From the NCBI GenBank assembly GCA_963845755.1, contig CAWJTV010000031.1, positions 256,001-320,000 on the forward strand: a stretch of DNA of 64,000 nucleotides. Direction: 5' to 3'. Below are positions 58,499-64,000 of this stretch, one piece after another. Numbering within the stretch: position 1 is the first letter of the stretch; every line of letters begins with the position of its first letter. The notes below the pieces were generated by a model that did no database searches, was not told the DNA's origin, and worked only from the letters and a program-made list of their open reading frames with translations. A program made the translations under genes and the position numbers. Source of the stretch: an uncultured Planctomycetota bacterium (lineage in GTDB: Bacteria; Planctomycetota; Planctomycetia; Isosphaerales; Isosphaeraceae).

Positions 58499-59628
58499 AT
58501 GATGCACAGGCGAACGACTCCTAGTTTCCCGTTCCTCGCAGCCTTCGTTCCCCTGGGGATCTTCTTCACCATGACCCAAACCGCCCAGGCTGATGAGCCG
58601 CCCCTTGCACTGACGCCGCGCAGGCATCCGCGTTCGCCCGCCTGGCGCTCAAGGGGTTGAGCAAGGAGTACCCGAACAAGCCCGAGCACGTCGTGGGCGG
58701 CCCGCCCGACGTCAAGAACCCGAAAGCCCTCCATCCGGCGTTTTACGGATGCTACGACTGGCATTCGTCGGTGCACGGACACTGGATGCTCGCGCGACTG
58801 CTTCGCCTGTTCCCCGACCTGCCCGAGGGCAAGGACATCCGGGCTGTCTTGAAGGAACACTTCACAGTCGAGAACCTGAAGGCGGAGGTCGACTACTACA
58901 CGCGCCCGGAGAGCAAGTCGTTCGAACGGCCGTACGGCTGGGCGTGGCTCCTCAAGTTGGCCGAGGAGCTGAACGGCTGGGACGACCCGGACGCGAAGAC
59001 CTGGGCGACGGACATCAAACCGCTGGCGGATGTCATCGTCACGCGGTATCTGGAGTTCTTTCCGAAGCAGACGTACCCGATCCGGACCGGGGTGCACCCG
59101 AACACGGCGTTCGGGCTGTCGTTCGCCCATGACTACGCTCGGTCCACGGGCAACGCCCGACTGAGAGCCCTGGTCGAAGAACGGGCCCGGTCTTACTTCG
59201 GCACGGACGCCGACATCCCGGCCGGCTGGGAACCCGGTGGCGCGGACTTCTTCTCGCCGAGCCTGATGGAGGCGGACCTGTTGCGGCGGGTTCTGCCCCC
59301 GGACGAGTTCCGGACCTGGTTCACGCGGTTCCTGCCGAAGACCGATCAGAGCGAGCCGAAATCGCTGTTCACGCCCGCCACGGTGACCGACCGGACCGAC
59401 CCCCAACTGGTCCACCTCGACGGACTGAACCTCAGCCGTGCCTGGAGCATGAGGAGCATCGCGTCGGCATTACCGGCTGGCGACCCGGTTCGGACGGCGC
59501 TGACTGTGTCGGCTGCGCGGCACGCCGAATCGGCACTCGCGCACGTGGCCAGCGGGAACTACGAAGGCGAGCACTGGCTGGCCTCGTTCGCGGTGTATTT
59601 GCTCTCAACACCGTCCCCGGCAGAATGA
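58499..59628 (+). CDS. DUF2891 family protein, exported; frameshift ~58620
   Basis: EYPNK, HPAFYGCYDWHSSVHGHW, FERPYGWAW, HLDGLNLSRAW, YEGEHWLASFA. Confidence 0.9.
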
Positions 59629-59937
59629 ACTCAGATTTGTTTGTGTTCATCCGGCGCTGGACACGGTTATCCCGGCGCCGACCAGGGACCGCCAACTCCC
59701 TTCGGGATGCGATGGAGCGGAAAGCCGATACACGCACTGGGAAAAGTCCGGCTCAAATCGGCTTCCGCGTTCGGAATGTCCACAGGGCCAGTTCGGAGAC
59801 CCCATCGGACAGCTTGTTCGTCTCCAGGTCGCGGACTCTCAATGACTGCGCATAAGCCAATGACGGAGGGGACGATTGTCGCTCCAGGCCAGGGTGACGA
59901 TCCTTGTCCCAGCCCGTGGGTGGTCGTTCGGGGGACC

Positions 59938-62186
59938 TCAGACTCCTATCTTGACCTTGTAGAACGGCCTGCGTCGCACGATCGTACCATCCCCCATTCG
60001 GATGCTGAACCCCTTGTAATGGGTGGGGCTGAGGTAGATCGCGGACCGATCGAGGCTGACGACGTACTTGCAGCGCGAGCGGTTACTGACCTTGTTGTCG
60101 AGTTTCTCCGACCCCATCGGGTACTCGAAATAGGCGATCCCCATCGGGAGCCAGCCGCGGTTATTGTCGTGCGTACAATAGGGTGAGACCTTCTGTTTGA
60201 TAATCTTGTCGAGATACTTGGAGTCCAGAGCCGACGCTTTGATGACCATCCATCCGTTTTTCTCCTCGGCCTTAGCATCCATCAAAAGGATGTCGTTGCG
60301 GTAGTCCGCCGTGGATTCGGGTTGTCTGGCCGGGTCAACGCTGACGAGGATCTGCGCCGTCAATGTGTCGGCGAGTGGCGACCTGACTTCCCGGATCTTG
60401 GTGCGGTGAATTTGACCCTTGAGCACCTTGCGGAAAAGATCAACCCAGAGGCGTTCATAATTGAGGGCGTCCACGTAAGTGACGTCGAACAGGAGCCCCA
60501 CGAGATTATCCGGGCCGAGCTTGGTGTGCGTGTGGACGAGGCGGCCGTCGAAGCCGTGCTCGTCCCAGTACACAACCTTCTGGTCCCACGGCCTACCTCC
60601 GACGGCGAATTCGACGTCCCCGACGCCTTCCCAAGGGCCGATGTTCGCAAAATCGACGGGAAACTGACGCATGGCGAAGATGCCGCTCGCGGCTTCCTCG
60701 ATAGCCTTCCCGGGGTTCGTGCCGGCATGACCTTGCTGGAAGGTGCTCTTGAACGCCGCCTCGGCCGTCGACAGGTCTGTCGGGATCAGCCCGAGATCGG
60801 CCTCAGCGAGCTTGTAGGGCGCCTTGTGAGCGTCGGGACGTCCACCAGCCTCGACCCGCTGGATCCCCAGGGCAGTGGCCACCTTTCCATTCAGGACCTT
60901 GCAGACATCGATGTATTCCTGGGTGAGTCTGAGCAGGAGTCCGAGTATGATTTCCTGGAACGGCACGACATTCCCAGCGCCGAGGACGTAGCCCATAAAA
61001 GTATGCGCGGTGCTTGTTTATCAATTCGTCGAGCTCGCTGAGGTTGTCGTAGAGATTCGTGAGGGTCCCTGATATTAAATCCTGCGCGGTTAGAGCCCTA
61101 TTCCTGTAGATTAGGAAAGATTGGTGGACGTCCGACAGCTTTGCCTTGAGCGTACCGACGATCCTGAGGGCGCTGACGAACCTCTCCTGCATCTCGGCCG
61201 CCCTCGATGCCCTCTTGGAGGCGACGAGTCTCGAGTGCAGCGCATTGAGGTCCGCGGGGTCGAGTTCGGCGCGCTGTGCGACCCCGATCGGAGGGTTCTG
61301 GGGAGCGGGACAACATACCGATGGCCGGCCGACGATCGGCGTCGCGCGGCCGAGAGCAGGACCCGGACGAGCGGTGAGGATCGCACCACGGGATGGCGCA
61401 GGACTGGGCAATGACCGGGGTTGCACGACCGGCGCAGGGGGGACCGTCGCCGCCCTGAGGCCCATCCTCTCGGCCTCGGCCTCCAAGGCGGGATCCTGCA
61501 CGATCGCAATGCCGGATCCCAGCGGGTTGCGGACGCGGCCGGCCCGCTGCTGCACCACGTGAGTCAGCTCATGACCCAGGAGCCGCTGACCTTGCGGGGT
61601 CTGCGGATTGTAGTGGCCCGGGGCGAAGTAGAGGTCGCTGCCATGGGCGAACGCCAGGGCCCCAAGCGATGTCGCCTCGCTCCCCTCGTGGACTCGCACC
61701 TGGGAGAAATCGGCTTGGAAGATTGCCTCCATCTTCTGCCGCACGGCTTCCGGAAGCCTTTGGCCCAGAATCGATGGCTTGAGAGCAAATGTTGCCGGTA
61801 CGGCGAAAGCATTGTTGACGGATGGTTGCAACGCCGCGGGCCGGGATGCGGAAGGCAAAGTCGGAACCGGTGGCATTACCGCGTGAGCCGGACGGGCCGT
61901 CGCCCCGACGGCCTGTGGCTGGATCGGCGTCGGCCTTGGTGGCAGGATCGGGCCGGGTGCCCTACCAGGTCGAGGCGGTGTCGCCTTGGGTGGGACAGGC
62001 CCGGCGCGGGCGCTGCCAGGGACGCTCGGCGCCACGGGTTGCACAATGCCGGGTGACAGGGGCACGAGTCGAACTGACGACCGGGCCGGTCGCCGATGGT
62101 CTCGCGGGTTGGACGATCGTCGGCCGTCCTCCTGGGAAGTAGCCCTGGATGATGCCACCTCCAGGGCGATTGGGACCGGTTATCAT
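59938..62186 (-). CDS. DUF4157 (eCIS core) protein with a C-terminal microbial-RNase-like toxin domain; frameshifts ~62070 and ~60997
   Basis: GGAGG RBS before ATG 62186; GQRLPEAVRQKME..FQADFSQVRVH...GALAFAHG...LLGHELTHVVQQ; C-terminal NNRGWLP..YFEY...IYLSPTHYKGF. Confidence 0.8.
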
Positions 62187-62353
62187 GAATGTCGCCTCCA
62201 AGATCCGACTTCTCCCCACGGCGCGCGAACTGACGGGGTCCTTCGAAACCAGGCTATCATGGACCAAGCCATCAGGCAACAATTCAGAGACTTTTGGATT
62301 TGAGGCGCCCGAGGCCGTATAAACGCAAGGTCAACGGCGGTATGAAACCGCCC

Positions 62354-62790
62354 TAACGCGGCGTTCGGCCGCAACCCAATCGGGGATCGAGATTCGAGAT
62401 TCCCGATCTAGAAATCGTTCCCTTGGGAATCTCGAATCCGGAATCTCGAATCCGGAATCCCGAATTCCCCAGAGGCGCGCACGGCGCAGAGATCCTGCGG
62501 AGGAAAACTCTCGGAACCTCCATAACCACGGATCATTCGGAAGGACACGGATGGGAATCAAGAGTGGGTTCCGACCGATCCGTGTCCCTCCGTGTGATCC
62601 GTGGTGATGATCGGCCCTGACAGTGCCGCGCGTCACTCCTTAACGCGGCCTTCGGCCGCAACCCAAGAGGGATTCGAGATTCCCGATTCCCGATCCCGAA
62701 ATCGTTCCCTTGGGAATCTCGAATCCGGAATCTCGAATCCCGGATTCCCCAGAGGCGCGCACGGCGCAGAGATCCTGCGGAGGAAGACTC
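62354..62790 (+). repeat. Second doublet of the composite palindromic element (62354-62510 and 62641-62790), with a separate palindrome between the copies (62525-62605)
   Basis: Same TAACGCGGC(C/G)TTCGGCCGCAACCCAA start, heptamer IR and CAGAGGCGCGCACGGCGCAGAGATCCTGCGGAGGAA(A/G)ACTC end. Confidence 0.9.
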
Positions 62791-62948
62791 TACGCTTTTT
62801 CCGAGACTACGCCCGGAAAAAAGGGGCCCCTGTCGGGCCGTCTTGGCGGAGCCGGCTCCGTCCGGCGATTCCCCTCGAGGGACAGAGCCCCCTCCGACAC
62901 ACGTCTACAACATCGACAACAAATTGTCGATGCGCGCCCCATAAGGGC

Positions 62949-64000
62949 CTAATGAGCCATCTGGAGGGCCGGAGCTCGTCGTCGGGAGAACGCCAATGGC
63001 AGCGACACCAGGCCTCGCAGGCCCAGGCCGGGCCGATGCTGCACGGCCCGCGGTGGTACGGTCAGCCTGAGGTCAGGGAATCGTCGCAGGAGCGTATTGA
63101 TGGCGATCTGCCCCTCCAGTCGAGCCAGCGGCGCACCGACGCAATAGTGCACCCCCTGGCCGAAAGCCAGATGCCGGTTCGGCTCCCGCGTGATGTCCAG
63201 CTCATCGGGGCATTCGAATTGCCGCTCGTCCCGGTTGGCCGAACCCAGCAGGGCCTGCACCATCTCGCCGGGCGCAATTCTCACGCCGGCGATCGTCAGT
63301 TCTTCACGGGCATAGCGCTCACTGGCCATCTGCACCGGCGAATCATAGCGCAGCAACTCCTCGACCGCCGGCTTGATCAGGTCGGGGTCGTCCCGCAACC
63401 GATCGAGTTGCGCAGGATGCTCCAGCAGGGCCAGCACGCCGTTGCCGATCAAGTTGAGTGTTGTCTAATGGCCGGCCACCAGCAGCAGGAAGATCATCGC
63501 TAGCAGTTCGTCCTCGCTCAACCGCTCGCCGGCTTCGCGCGCATGGACCAGCGCGCTGACCAGGTCGTCTCGAGGATCCGCCTGCCGGATCTTGACCAGT
63601 TTGCGGATGTATCGCAGGAACGCCCACATGGGAGGCAGCATCGCCAGCATTCCCCAGCTCGACCCCGAGGCCGAGACGAGGGCGTTCGACCAGCGGTGGA
63701 ACTTGTGCCGGTCCAGGACCGGCACGCCCATCATCTCGGCGATGATGGTCGTCGGTAGGGGCAGCGCGTAATCGTGGATCAGGTCCATGCGTCCCCTGGC
63801 CTGGACCGCGTCGAGCAGCTCCTCGGTTAGCGACTGGATGCGCTCGATCATGTTCCCGACCAGCCGGGGTGTAAATGCCTTGTGAACCAGGCCGCGCAAC
63901 CGAGTATGGTCGGGCTCGTCCAGGTTGAGCATGGTGCGGGTGAGCACTTTCATTACACTCGGCATCCAGGGCAACCGGGCGGCCTGTTCCGGCGTCAGCA
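62949..64000 (-). CDS. Cytochrome P450 (CYP107-like), 5' end outside the window; in-frame TAG at 63465-63467
   Basis: LDEPDHTRLR, VAGH*TT, EELLRYDSPV, HLAFGQGVHYCVG. Confidence 0.9.

Noticed and set aside
59630..59937. Immunity gene downstream of the RNase-like toxin
   Set aside because: No ORF with a credible start, RBS or barstar-like features was found on the minus strand.
2943..62186. Mass pseudogenisation or programmed frameshifting
   Set aside because: Dozens of single-base indels affect unrelated genes whose motifs are otherwise intact, with no consistent slippery sites. Long-read consensus error is the simpler explanation, pending read polishing.

Overview
GC-rich bacterial window, almost certainly from a planctomycete (Isosphaeraceae-like). 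Supporting hallmarks are DUF4058, an ECF sigma factor with a long C-terminal extension, a LESRxxL export signal and an FHA-GAF kinase. Most long genes carry single-base frameshifts, best explained as long-read consensus errors, so many CDS below are reconstructed from two or more frames. The centre of the window is a ~16.5 kb iterative type I PKS (Pfa/hglE-like) operon at 27.8-44.2 kb, preceded by a consensus sigma-54 promoter. It encodes KS-AT-ACP-KR, KS(Cys->Ser)-AT-DH-PPTase, a free ACP, a hydrolase, an SDR, two Zn-ribbon methyltransferases and an ABC exporter. Most notable observations: (1) an ECF sigma-TM-STN-like gene followed in frame, across one TGA, by an orphan duplicate of its own C-terminal module; (2) a family of ~150-195 bp composite palindromic elements (4 full copies in 2 doublets plus 1 degenerate copy); (3) a HK/RR/GGDEF-EAL module bracketed by a 168-bp direct duplication of an ABC gene 3' end; (4) a DUF4157/eCIS-core protein ending in a barnase/RNase Sa-like domain with no visible immunity gene. 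No rRNA, tRNA, CRISPR array, integrase or transposase was recognised.
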